Shown here piece by piece: positions 47,528 to 56,182 of a stretch of 64,000 nucleotides of DNA; the first letter of the stretch is position 1; each line of letters starts with the position of its first letter. Below the pieces are notes generated by a model. The model did not search any database, was not told where the DNA came from, and worked only from the letters and a program-made list of their open reading frames with translations. The position numbers were made by a program, and so were the translations under genes. This stretch comes from a virus. Its lineage: Duplodnaviria; Heunggongvirae; Uroviricota; Caudoviricetes. The stretch spans positions 14,950-78,949 of IMG/VR virus record IMGVR_UViG_3300022751_000001. One strand, given 5' to 3'.

Positions 47528-48106
47528 ATGAAAGAAACTCTCAAAGCACTCGCTGAAGAAATTCAAGGTATGTCATTACGCTACAAACTGCAAACAGTAG
47601 CACGTCCTAAAACATGGTCACGCATTCACAAGTTTCGTCGTCAACGTATCTCACGAGGGTACAGCGACAAAGATATGTGGAATAGCGGTACTCACCTAAT
47701 GACGCTCATCTCAGAGAGCTTGAAGTGGCACGAATCAAAAGGTGTCAGCGACTTCGAGTATATGTTCAAGATGTGGGTAGACGAAGGCAGTAACTTCGGT
47801 TACAAGAGTCTCAAGCAGGTCTACACCGATATTGATAAATACTTAGCGGTTGATCGCGGTGACTGGGCGACTGGTCTTGCGGGTCAAATCGTAAACCTTG
47901 AAGACGCGTATATCGCAGAGGGTGAAGCAGAAGACACCTCAAGTATTAGTGTTGAATGGCGCGAAGAGAAGACTGGTAAAAAACTCACCGAAGCTCGCGT
48001 ACAAAAGCTAATGCACGAACACCACGCAAAGGTTGAAAAGCTACACGCGAAAGCTGTGAACGCTCTAACTTTCTGGGCTCATCACGCTCGACAGTTCTGG
48101 GACTAA
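47528..48106 (+). CDS. hypothetical protein
   Basis: 192 aa. Confidence 0.45.
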   Translation: MKETLKALAEEIQGMSLRYKLQTVARPKTWSRIHKFRRQRISRGYSDKDMWNSGTHLMTLISESLKWHESKGVSDFEYMFKMWVDEGSNFGYKSLKQVYTDIDKYLAVDRGDWATGLAGQIVNLEDAYIAEGEAEDTSSISVEWREEKTGKKLTEARVQKLMHEHHAKVEKLHAKAVNALTFWAHHARQFWD

Positions 48107-48107
48107 T

Positions 48108-48254
48108 ATGACCGAACGCGAATACGTTTACGAAGTAGGTTTAACCCCTGACGACAAAGCACGCTTGCAACGTATGCTAGGTGTTAGTACACTTAGTCTT
48201 GAAGATTATGAACACGCTAAAAACGTGATTAACGATATAGAGGTTGAAGAGTGA
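48108..48254 (+). CDS. hypothetical small protein
   Basis: 48 aa (MTEREYVYEVGLTPDDKARLQRMLGVSTLSLEDYEHAKNVINDIEVEE); GTGA overlap with the next gene. Confidence 0.3.
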   Translation: MTEREYVYEVGLTPDDKARLQRMLGVSTLSLEDYEHAKNVINDIEVEE

Positions 48255-48868
48255 AAGTTTTAGCAGTCGGTGACACTCACCAAAAGCAGTGGATTTTAGA
48301 CAAGGTTGAAAAAATCGCTGGTAACTACGACAAAGTAGTTCTTTTAGGTGACTACCTCGACAACTGGGGTTCTAGCGGGTTCGACCGACTTGATATGATT
48401 CTGCGGGTGCAACGATTAGTGCAAACTAACCCGAACGTCATCGCGCTATGCGGTAACCACGACCTATGCTATTTCAACAAGAAGTACAGCGGTATGTATT
48501 CAGGGTGGGACGCTCACGCACAAATGATGTTTGACGCTGAACCGCAACTCACTGACTTTATGCGAAAGCTACCAGAAACCTACGAGATTGACGGGGTTAC
48601 CTACTCGCACGCTGGTCTGACTGATGACTGGACACCAAACCGTCACCCACTCGCAGATGATGGGCACATGTGGGTACGACCAGGGCAAGGCTACGTCTAC
48701 AAACCAAACCAAGTGTTCGGTCACACCCCAAGCAAGACTTGCTGGGAAGTACAACAAAACGTATGGTGTGTTGACACATTCTCGCAATACCCAGACCTTA
48801 CCCACTTTGGTGACTGTTCTGTGCTTGAAATCGTAGACGGTAAGACGTACACTGTTACTCAGTTATGA
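48251..48868 (+). CDS. calcineurin-like metallophosphatase (lambda-PPase-like Ser/Thr phosphatase)
   Basis: GTG start; VLAVGDTHQK (GDxHG), VLLGDYLDNWG (GDxxDRG-like), CGNHD (GNHE). Confidence 0.7.
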   Translation: MKVLAVGDTHQKQWILDKVEKIAGNYDKVVLLGDYLDNWGSSGFDRLDMILRVQRLVQTNPNVIALCGNHDLCYFNKKYSGMYSGWDAHAQMMFDAEPQLTDFMRKLPETYEIDGVTYSHAGLTDDWTPNRHPLADDGHMWVRPGQGYVYKPNQVFGHTPSKTCWEVQQNVWCVDTFSQYPDLTHFGDCSVLEIVDGKTYTVTQL

Positions 48869-49620
48869 GAATCTTAATCACTGGTTCTGAAGGGTTTATC
48901 GGTCGTCACGTTGTAGCGACCGCTCGCAATCGAGGGCACACGGTTGTTTGTGTTGACCACTTGCTAGAAAATGCTCGCTATATTAACCAGTATGACGTTG
49001 ATAGTTTTGACGCGGTCATTCACTTAGCGGCATATATTGATATTGGTCAATCTTTCAAAGACCCTTGGCTATATGTTTCGAACAACCTGTTGCAAATGCA
49101 AACGCTCGAGAATGCACGACGCGTCGTATTCGCTTCTAGCGCGGCTGTATACGGTAAGTTCTCACCCTACGGTTACACAAAGCGTCTCGGTGAATCACTG
49201 CTACCGAAGAACAGTATCTCGCTACGTCTATTTAACCCGTTCGGGCCTGGCGAAAACCACAAACCAGAGAACCACATTGTACCGCTACTCGCAGGTAACT
49301 CAAATGAGGGCAACGTAACCACTCTTTACCACGATGGTGAGCAGATTCGTGACTTTATTCACGTTAGTGATGTTGCTCTCGCTTTTGTGATGGCTGCAGA
49401 ATCTGATGCGACTGGTGCGTACGACCTTTGTAGCACACCGCTGTCTATCAAGAAAGTTGCTGAGCTTATGAAAGTACCGTTTGAATTGTCTAAAAGGTCT
49501 CGCGACGCTGGTGATACTATGAGCTTAGTTGGTGACCCGTTACCACTTGAAAAAGCAATCGGGTTCACACCTCAAAAAGATGTCAAAGAAATGCTAAAAA
49601 ACTGGCGATATTGGTATTGA
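48865..49620 (+). CDS. NAD-dependent epimerase/dehydratase-family protein (short form)
   Basis: MRILITGSEGFIGRHV Rossmann motif; catalytic YGYTKRLGE (YxxxK); 251 aa, shorter than typical UDP-sugar epimerases. Confidence 0.65.
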   Translation: MRILITGSEGFIGRHVVATARNRGHTVVCVDHLLENARYINQYDVDSFDAVIHLAAYIDIGQSFKDPWLYVSNNLLQMQTLENARRVVFASSAAVYGKFSPYGYTKRLGESLLPKNSISLRLFNPFGPGENHKPENHIVPLLAGNSNEGNVTTLYHDGEQIRDFIHVSDVALAFVMAAESDATGAYDLCSTPLSIKKVAELMKVPFELSKRSRDAGDTMSLVGDPLPLEKAIGFTPQKDVKEMLKNWRYWY

Positions 49621-49669
49621 TTTTGTCGCGGCTTCTAGCTTATAATTAAGCCTGTAAAGGGGCTATAAG

Positions 49670-49876
49670 ATGTATAAAGCAAAAACAAAGTTCAAGAGCA
49701 AATCACATAACGCACGAGTGGTCAAAGAGGGCGAGCTGTTCGAGCTAGAAGCAATCTACCACAACAATTATGATATTGGTCGTTCAAAGGTAGAACTAAA
49801 CTCCGCAGACCGACCATTCTTTCTATCAATCACTCACGACGAGTTCAACGAATTTTTCGAAGAAGTTGACTTGTAG
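49670..49876 (+). CDS. hypothetical protein
   Basis: 68 aa. Confidence 0.4.
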   Translation: MYKAKTKFKSKSHNARVVKEGELFELEAIYHNNYDIGRSKVELNSADRPFFLSITHDEFNEFFEEVDL

Positions 49877-49929
49877 CCGATTGATGTTCATACTTAGGTA
49901 TGAAAGAGATAAAACATAAAAGGATCAAC

Positions 49930-50862
49930 ATGAAAAAACCTATTCTACGTATGATGGTTGGTCTCCCTGGCTCAGGTAAAAGCACCGCAGCTAGTGAGCT
50001 GACAGACAACAGTACCCCAGATGAAACTTGGGTGCAGGTTGAGAAAGACCTTATTCGCAAAGACAGCAAGCTCTTTGAGGGCGGTGAGTACAACCACAAG
50101 CGCGGTGACGAAGCTATCGTTATTCGAGAGCGCAACCGTCTTATTCGTGACGCACTACGAGCTGGTAACAGCGTAGTCGTTTCAGACACAAACCTCGACC
50201 CTAAGCACCGTGGGCAACTGCGAATGTTGGCTACCGAAACCGACGTAGATTTCGAAGTCGATGACAGCTTCTTAGATGTACCAGTTGACGAATGTATTAA
50301 GCGCGACGAAGACCGTGAAAAGAGTATCGGTAAAGACGTTATCTTAGATATGTATTACAAATACGTTCACCCAGGCTTTCACCAACGTCGTTCTGACTGG
50401 AAAGACAAGCTACCACGTGCGTTCTTGTGCGACATTGACGGTACACTGGCTCACAACCTCACTGGGCGTAGCTGGTACGACCTCGAGCAAGTTAAGAATG
50501 ACACACCGAACTACGCACTAACACACATCTTTGACGCGATTGACCTGTTTCGTGATGACTTTTCTCGCAAGCACACGAAGTACACACACATCATTCTCTT
50601 GAGCGGTCGCAAAGAGGGGGCTCGAGCGGCTACAGAAGCGTGGTTAGACCAATGGTCAATACCGTATGATGAACTCATTATGCGCGCAGACAACGATGAC
50701 CGACAAGACTCTATCACAAAGAAAGAGCTGTACGAGCAACACATTAAAGACAAGTACAATGTTCTAGCTGTATTTGACGACCGACCACAGGTAGTTGATA
50801 TGTGGCGACGTGAGCTTGGCTTGATGGTATTTCAGGCTGCAGATCACGACTTGAAGTTTTAA
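49930..50862 (+). CDS. pnk: polynucleotide 5'-kinase/3'-phosphatase (T4 Pnk-like)
   Basis: P-loop MVGLPGSGKST; VSDTNLDPKHR (T4 ISDTNLNPERR); HAD phosphatase motifs FLCDIDGTLAH, ILLSGRKEG, VFDDRPQVVDMWRRELG (T4 IDDRTQVVEMWRRIG); start may be 49900. Confidence 0.8.
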   Translation: MKKPILRMMVGLPGSGKSTAASELTDNSTPDETWVQVEKDLIRKDSKLFEGGEYNHKRGDEAIVIRERNRLIRDALRAGNSVVVSDTNLDPKHRGQLRMLATETDVDFEVDDSFLDVPVDECIKRDEDREKSIGKDVILDMYYKYVHPGFHQRRSDWKDKLPRAFLCDIDGTLAHNLTGRSWYDLEQVKNDTPNYALTHIFDAIDLFRDDFSRKHTKYTHIILLSGRKEGARAATEAWLDQWSIPYDELIMRADNDDRQDSITKKELYEQHIKDKYNVLAVFDDRPQVVDMWRRELGLMVFQAADHDLKF

Positions 50863-50885
50863 GGATTGATAGGTAGTATAGGGGT

Positions 50886-51065
50886 ATGAATAAAAAAGAA
50901 CTGTTAGCGAAAGCGAAACTCGCGAACGCTCTCATTGAAGATAAGGAGTCTCGGGTGATTCTGGGTCTCTTTATCGACAATCTGAAGCTGGACATCGAGA
51001 AAGAGAAACCAACTTTAGGGTTCAGATCAAGTAAGGAAGAAACTGATGCAGACGGAGAAACTTGA
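50886..51065 (+). CDS. hypothetical small protein
   Basis: 59 aa; GGGG-rich RBS region. Confidence 0.3.
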   Translation: MNKKELLAKAKLANALIEDKESRVILGLFIDNLKLDIEKEKPTLGFRSSKEETDADGET

Positions 51066-51324
51066 ACCACTACACCGACTTGCAGAAGAAATCATGCGTG
51101 ATGACGCTGCAGGTAAACTTCCGCTACACTATACACACGATGATATTATTGCCGTGACTGTAGTGTTCTCTCACGTTATGGGTGCACGTTTCGTGCAGTA
51201 TCTTGAGAAAGAGAAGATAGGGCTGGGTGCAAGCAGAAAACTCACGAAGGGCCTAGGAGCCAAGATAAGTGACACTGTGATGTATGCAACAGATATTGAC
51301 GTAAAAATAAAAGAGGTAGTATGA
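51046..51324 (+). CDS. hypothetical protein
   Basis: 92 aa. Confidence 0.4.
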   Translation: MQTEKLEPLHRLAEEIMRDDAAGKLPLHYTHDDIIAVTVVFSHVMGARFVQYLEKEKIGLGASRKLTKGLGAKISDTVMYATDIDVKIKEVV

Positions 51325-51458
51325 GCAAGAACGAACAACCAGAAGACAAAGGCGGAGCACTAATCGTAGGTACAGCCGCAGCAATTATCATCGCGTGTAT
51401 TGTAGCTGTTGTAATCGCAATCGCGGTAGCGGCAATTAAGTGGATCCTGGGTCTTTAA
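51321..51458 (+). CDS. hypothetical small membrane protein
   Basis: 45 aa, single TM (LIVGTAAAIIIACIVAVVIAIAVAAIKWILGL); ATGA overlap. Confidence 0.3.
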   Translation: MSKNEQPEDKGGALIVGTAAAIIIACIVAVVIAIAVAAIKWILGL

Positions 51459-51559
51459 TAGAGGTACTTTGGTCTGCACAATTGGGTAGCCAGAACCCCA
51501 AATCCGTGTATAATAAGAAGAGTAATAACTATGTAAAGGGCGAAAGCCGAAGGAATAAA

Positions 51560-51946
51560 ATGGCAGACTTAAATACCGTCACCATCACAGGGCGTCTTAC
51601 AAAAGACCCAGAACTAAAATCAACAACAACAGGCAAGAACGTCGTAAGTTTCTCTGTAGCAGTAAATGGTTACAAAGAAGGCGACACTAGCTTTATCGAC
51701 GTTACCGCGTGGGAAAAGACTGCCGAACTAGTTGCTAATCACTTCAGCAAGGGTTCACGAATCCTACTGCAAGGTCAACTACAGCAACGAACATGGGACA
51801 AAGATGGTCAAAAGCACAGTAAGATCGAGATTAACGCTCGTGAAATCGTGTTCATCGACCCAAAGAAGCAAGATAGTGGGAGCCAAGACGTAGTCATTGA
51901 CGACATCGAAGACAAGCCTATCGACCTATCTGCGATCCCTTTCTAA
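51560..51946 (+). CDS. ssb: single-stranded DNA-binding protein
   Basis: RBS aaggaataaa; OB-fold-like MADLNTVTITGRLTKDPELK...; C-terminal acidic tail ending DLSAIPF (cf. SSB DDDIPF). Confidence 0.75.
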   Translation: MADLNTVTITGRLTKDPELKSTTTGKNVVSFSVAVNGYKEGDTSFIDVTAWEKTAELVANHFSKGSRILLQGQLQQRTWDKDGQKHSKIEINAREIVFIDPKKQDSGSQDVVIDDIEDKPIDLSAIPF

Positions 51947-51968
51947 TAAACATCGAAACAAAAAAGAA

Positions 51969-51992
51969 GACCACCTCTCGGGGTGGTTTTTC
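51969..51992 (+). terminator. bidirectional rho-independent terminator
   Basis: ACCACC-tctcgg-GGTGGT followed by tttttc and preceded by aaaaaagaag. Confidence 0.6.
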
Positions 51993-52207
51993 TATCTCAT
52001 CAAGCTAACGAAACTGAGTTTTACGTACCTGCGACCGTGCTTTTTAGCAATCACCTTACCACGTTCATCAATCGCGTCTAGAATAGGTTGAGCGCGTTCA
52101 TACGCTTCTTCACGGGTAATTTGACCAGTATTATAAAGACGCTTAATTTCGTCTATCTGGGTTATATTCGCTTCAGCATAATCGCTTACGTTCTTCGTGT
52201 CAGTCAT
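51992..52207 (-). CDS. hypothetical protein
   Basis: 71 aa; minus-strand gene inside a plus-strand block. Confidence 0.4.
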   Translation of the reverse strand: MTDTKNVSDYAEANITQIDEIKRLYNTGQITREEAYERAQPILDAIDERGKVIAKKHGRRYVKLSFVSLMR

Positions 52208-52220
52208 ATAAAGTATAATA

Positions 52221-52580
52221 TCATTTATCTATGTTCACGTCAAGGTCTGTACTGACCATAAACATGTGACGCGCGAGCTTGTGGTGGTATTTGAACTCAA
52301 ACCAGTTGCTCTTCTGCTTGTGCATAATAATTGCTACTTGTTCCTCATTGAAATAACCCACGTCTAACGTGTTGATTTGCGCTGGTTGCGCTGGTCTTAA
52401 TACACCGTCGATAGTTATAACACTACCCCCCGTGTCACTGACCAGTACCCTCGGGTACAGTGACGCTTGATCTACCATAACTTCATTATAGCTATTTTTG
52501 AGCTTTCGTAAATAACATTCGTGCCCAATCTTCGTGTATAATGATACATAGCGGACCAGTCGGTTAGTACCTTTTTTCAC
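52221..52580 (-). CDS. hypothetical protein
   Basis: 119 aa. Confidence 0.4.
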   Translation of the reverse strand: MKKGTNRLVRYVSLYTKIGHECYLRKLKNSYNEVMVDQASLYPRVLVSDTGGSVITIDGVLRPAQPAQINTLDVGYFNEEQVAIIMHKQKSNWFEFKYHHKLARHMFMVSTDLDVNIDK

Positions 52581-52660
52581 ACGTCACTTATATAATATAA
52601 TATACAGGAGTAATACAGACCGCCTCACCACCACCGTGAAAACGAGAGAGAGTCTACATT

Positions 52661-52909
52661 ATGAGTATCAAACAATTAGTGTTGTTTGGTGGTGTCAGTA
52701 TCGCAATAATCGCTATTATCGCAGCTTTCATCACCGTTTTACCTGATCGCAAGGATACAGAACCAGCTGTCACAATTGAACAGTTGGACAACCAATTAAA
52801 AACCATTCAGTCAGACAATGAGTCTGGCTTATTTCAATTGAAGGAGAAGCAAGAAACCCTTGCAACTCTGCAAACTGAGCGTCAGTCGCTCGAAGAGAGA
52901 CTTAGATGA
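52661..52909 (+). CDS. hypothetical membrane/coiled-coil protein
   Basis: 82 aa; N-terminal TM helix then coiled coil; ATGA overlap with the CHAP gene. Confidence 0.4.
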   Translation: MSIKQLVLFGGVSIAIIAIIAAFITVLPDRKDTEPAVTIEQLDNQLKTIQSDNESGLFQLKEKQETLATLQTERQSLEERLR

Positions 52910-53487
52910 TAGTCGAGTTCGCTGTTGCTTCACTGATGTCGCTACAAGGTATACCTGCGTTACCTAACCCGCAACTAGAACAACAGCGAGTTCAACAAAC
53001 AATGATGGTCGAAATGACCAAAAAAATCGCAGAAGAAAAAGCAGAACGCGAGAAAATCATCGCACAACGAGCTGAACTTGAGGCTCAAATCAATCAGCTA
53101 GATACTGCTGTCGCTGGTCTCAAGAGCTTCTTTGTAGAACCAGGGCGCGACTCACCGAATAAAGGTGGTAACAGTTACGCTTGGGGTCAATGTACGTGGT
53201 ACGCACGCTCTCAACGCCCAGACATCGGTAGTTTCTGGGGTAACGCTAATAGATGGACCTCATCAGCACGAGCTGAAGGCTTTGAAATCGGTAAAGAACC
53301 TAAGATTGGGGCTATCGGTGTAAGCTATGCGGGGTGGGCTGGTCACGTCTTTATCGTTGAAAGCATGTCTCGTGACAAAACCGAAGTGACGATTAGTGAA
53401 ATGAACTACGCTGGCGGTATCGGTAGAGTCAACATTCGTACGGTGCCAGCATCATACGGGAACGATTATATCTACAGCCTAAAGTAA
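52906..53487 (+). CDS. CHAP-domain peptidoglycan hydrolase (lysin)
   Basis: YAWGQCTWYARSQRP...GWAGHVFIVESM are the Cys and His blocks of a CHAP domain; N-terminal coiled-coil/hydrophobic segment. Confidence 0.7.
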   Translation: MIVEFAVASLMSLQGIPALPNPQLEQQRVQQTMMVEMTKKIAEEKAEREKIIAQRAELEAQINQLDTAVAGLKSFFVEPGRDSPNKGGNSYAWGQCTWYARSQRPDIGSFWGNANRWTSSARAEGFEIGKEPKIGAIGVSYAGWAGHVFIVESMSRDKTEVTISEMNYAGGIGRVNIRTVPASYGNDYIYSLK

Positions 53488-53538
53488 ATCTGTGCTAAAA
53501 TCAGTTCATATATGACATAGGTATAGGGGAGGACGATT

Positions 53539-53763
53539 ATGGTCGGCAAGCGCAAGCGAATTAGGAATACTATCCGAAATGCTCAAAAGCACGGGAAGAA
53601 TATCAACCCGAAAGAGCTTGCGTCGTGCACTGGCAAGATACGTCACTCCACCTATGAATCAGCAAAAGAGCATAATAAAGAGAAAGGGGACGCAGTAAAG
53701 GCTTATAAATGCCAATTCTGTCCGTTCTATCACGTCGGTCGCGCACCGAAGAAAAAAATATAA
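53539..53763 (+). CDS. hypothetical basic protein
   Basis: 74 aa; Lys/Arg-rich; CQFCPFYH. Confidence 0.4.
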   Translation: MVGKRKRIRNTIRNAQKHGKNINPKELASCTGKIRHSTYESAKEHNKEKGDAVKAYKCQFCPFYHVGRAPKKKI

Positions 53764-54056
53764 TGCTCATACTTTTTATACTAATTGCACCGCTAGTTGT
53801 GTGGCGTATCGTTCACATGCTACAAGAAGAATCTGGACCGTTTGCTGTCTTTGACCGCTTTCGAGCATGGGCAGCTAGGCACACCTCAAGCGAACCAGGG
53901 CACTTCTTTGACGGGTTCACCTGTTTCAAATGCGCAAGCGTTTGGTTTTCTGCAATATACGCAGCGTTTCTACCAATCAACCCTCTCGAGTGGCTTGCAC
54001 TCACCTTCGCAATCTCAGCGGTTGCTATCTTCATAAACGCTCGCTATACGAAATAA
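53763..54056 (+). CDS. hypothetical membrane protein
   Basis: 97 aa from the ATG overlapping the previous stop (TAATG); 2-3 hydrophobic helices; CFKC. Confidence 0.4.
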   Translation: MLILFILIAPLVVWRIVHMLQEESGPFAVFDRFRAWAARHTSSEPGHFFDGFTCFKCASVWFSAIYAAFLPINPLEWLALTFAISAVAIFINARYTK

Positions 54057-54079
54057 CCCTCGAAAGAGGGTGTTTCTTT
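54056..54079 (+). terminator. rho-independent terminator
   Basis: CCCTC-gaaa-GAGGG then tgtttctttt. Confidence 0.6.
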
Positions 54080-54217
54080 TATTAGGTGTATAATGACTTA
54101 TAGGAACACACATAAGAGGGATTGCAAGTATGAGCGAACTAGACGTTATCGAAGAGCAAGCTGAAAAAGAACTCTTCGAACTAATCAAGAAGATCAATAC
54201 AAAAGAATCTGAATAGT

Positions 54218-54670
54218 TTACAGAATCGTTTTGTTTGTGTAGAAATCTTTTAAGTAAGGTATCTGTTCACGGATCGCTCTAATAGACAAACCCCCAAGCT
54301 CACGCTCAAGCGGCTTAACCCTCGGGTGACGTAGTGACTTCTCGACTAGCAATGAATACTGGTCGATACCATCGAGAACATCTAGGTTTCGTGGTAGTTC
54401 ACGCGCAACAAATTGAATGGTATGCAATGACGGTACAGGTACCGCCATTGTTTCTTTGTGTATCAAATTATGGGCTGCTACACCAAGTCGGTGAGCAATC
54501 ATACTCGGGTTCTCGCGAATCTCTAACGAAGCAGGGTGACCTTCCCAGAAACCTCTAGTGTGCGCAGTGTGGTGCTCGTTAAATCGTATCATTCCCGTCA
54601 TACTCCTTACCATCATAATACGCTTTTCCGTCTCTGAATAGAATATGATCGACTTGATATTGTCCGTCAC
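54218..54670 (-). CDS. hypothetical protein (start uncertain)
   Basis: 150-aa ORF overlapping the upstream gene by up to 92 nt; internal ATGs would cut the overlap to about 14 nt. Confidence 0.45.
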   Translation of the reverse strand: MTDNIKSIIFYSETEKRIMMVRSMTGMIRFNEHHTAHTRGFWEGHPASLEIRENPSMIAHRLGVAAHNLIHKETMAVPVPSLHTIQFVARELPRNLDVLDGIDQYSLLVEKSLRHPRVKPLERELGGLSIRAIREQIPYLKDFYTNKTIL

Positions 54671-55610
54671 CGTAGTCGCGAACGTGTGTCATTCCTTGTT
54701 GCCAGTTCTCTTGATATGCTACAGGGAGATTATGGTCATCTACTGCGCTGTGAAAGCCTGGAACCTCTCCAGTGGTGCGGCAGAGTGCACCTGCAACGTA
54801 TGCACCGAGTACTTTACCACGTCGGTCTGTGCGGTGGAATGACTCTGCTCTGTGAGCGTGACCTTGCATAACGTTTCGGTCTGGATTTTCTTTAGATAGT
54901 TTTTGTGCAGTAGAACCTGAAGCTGAAGACATAGTACCGTGCATAAATGCGAAGTCGTCAGCGTACTCGAATGCGGCTGCACCGTAACCACCGACCCAAT
55001 CAACACCTACGTGCTGTAGGTTTGCGAGATAAGGGTATGTCATTACTGGGTATTCGTCGCTAGAACCAGCTTGTCGCACCCCGTACATCTGCGGCATATT
55101 CTTGAGCGTGTAGTTCTTCAAGCGCACGTTGTGGTTTGAGTCTACCTCTGTAATCTTAGCTCGTGGGTTGTCAGAGCGAAGACCTGCGTAGAAGTCGTGG
55201 ATTCGTTGCAGCGAAGGTCCCAAAGTCCTGTGGAAGTGGTCTGAATCGGGGTTGAATCGAGATAAAGCCGCGAAGTCGACTGAGTCGCCAAGGTTAACGA
55301 TATGGTCTGGTTGTAGGTCGCGACAGATGTAGCGTGCAAGTTTCATCGCTCGTTCGTCGTGAATAGGTAGAAGCTCACCGCTATCTAACCGTCGATAATC
55401 AATCTGACTATCTCCCATCGCTACGATTGATGTGTATGGTCGGTCAACGCTTTTGCGACGACTTGGGGTAATGCGAGCTGCGACTGCTGGTGAAAATGGT
55501 TCACGGTCTTCTATGTACTCATACGACTGCAGGGTTGTGTGATCCCATTCGTTCGTTTCGCGGTTAAATGCCGCTGATTCCCATTCTTTTGATAGTCGCT
55601 TCTCGCTCAT
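54579..55610 (-). CDS. calcineurin-like metallophosphoesterase
   Basis: VAMGDSQID (GDxH), NLGDSVD (GDxxD), NHN (GNH), QGHAHRAE (GHxH). Confidence 0.7.
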   Translation of the reverse strand: MSEKRLSKEWESAAFNRETNEWDHTTLQSYEYIEDREPFSPAVAARITPSRRKSVDRPYTSIVAMGDSQIDYRRLDSGELLPIHDERAMKLARYICRDLQPDHIVNLGDSVDFAALSRFNPDSDHFHRTLGPSLQRIHDFYAGLRSDNPRAKITEVDSNHNVRLKNYTLKNMPQMYGVRQAGSSDEYPVMTYPYLANLQHVGVDWVGGYGAAAFEYADDFAFMHGTMSSASGSTAQKLSKENPDRNVMQGHAHRAESFHRTDRRGKVLGAYVAGALCRTTGEVPGFHSAVDDHNLPVAYQENWQQGMTHVRDYGDGQYQVDHILFRDGKAYYDGKEYDGNDTI

Positions 55611-55698
55611 TGGTGTACCCCTGTTGTGTGTTTATTTTTGACTGATATGAAACAACAGCCGTACGCGTTGTACGACTGCTGTTCGAATTAAATGATCG

Positions 55699-55720
55699 AA
55701 GCGGGGATTTCGCCCGCTAC
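55699..55720 (-). terminator. possible terminator hairpin (minus strand)
   Basis: AGCGGG-gatttcg-CCCGCT; U-tract only moderate. Confidence 0.3.
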
Positions 55721-55723
55721 TCA

Positions 55724-55891
55724 TTATAGTTGCTTGTTACCTGAGAAATAGACTTGTGCGCCTATCAAGATACCTACGACTGGTGCAACCCAACCGAACT
55801 GACCGCCACCTGGGATAAGCCAGAGTACGATTGCTACGATGATTGCTGCAACGAGTCCTGTTAATGCTGCTTTTACTAATAGTCCTAACAT
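55724..55891 (-). CDS. hypothetical small membrane protein (holin-like?)
   Basis: 55 aa, two hydrophobic segments (MLGLLVKAALTGLVAAIIVAIVLWLIPGGGQFGWVAPVVGILIGAQVYF...); below the ORF-track cutoff. Confidence 0.3.
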   Translation of the reverse strand: MLGLLVKAALTGLVAAIIVAIVLWLIPGGGQFGWVAPVVGILIGAQVYFSGNKQL

Positions 55892-55912
55892 TTTACTGAT
55901 AGTCTCCTTTTT

Positions 55913-56161
55913 TTATAGACCTTTAGCGGCCTTTTGTGCTTCTTCTACTGCAACGTCTGTTGCGGCTTTGTTAGCTGCGTCGATAGCTGGGCTAACGTTG
56001 AATGCGGCAAGCGCACCCGCGACAGCTACTTCTGCTGACCAGAGAGTAACCTCTAGGTCACCGATGATACCCATTGAGAGCAGGTATGCAATCACTGGTG
56101 TACCCACGGCTGTGAGAATGTAGATCGCGACACGTAGTTGATATGGAATGTTTAATGTCAT
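55913..56161 (-). CDS. holin-like membrane protein
   Basis: 82 aa, two predicted TM helices and a charged C-terminus. Confidence 0.4.
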   Translation of the reverse strand: MTLNIPYQLRVAIYILTAVGTPVIAYLLSMGIIGDLEVTLWSAEVAVAGALAAFNVSPAIDAANKAATDVAVEEAQKAAKGL

Positions 56162-56182
56162 ATTATTGATCCTTTTTTATGT

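Noticed and set aside
54128-54216. 28-codon ORF (MSELDVIEEQAEKELFELIKKINTKESE) after the 54056 terminator
   Set aside because: It is too short to support without conservation data. It is noted only because it has an RBS-like AGAGGGA upstream.
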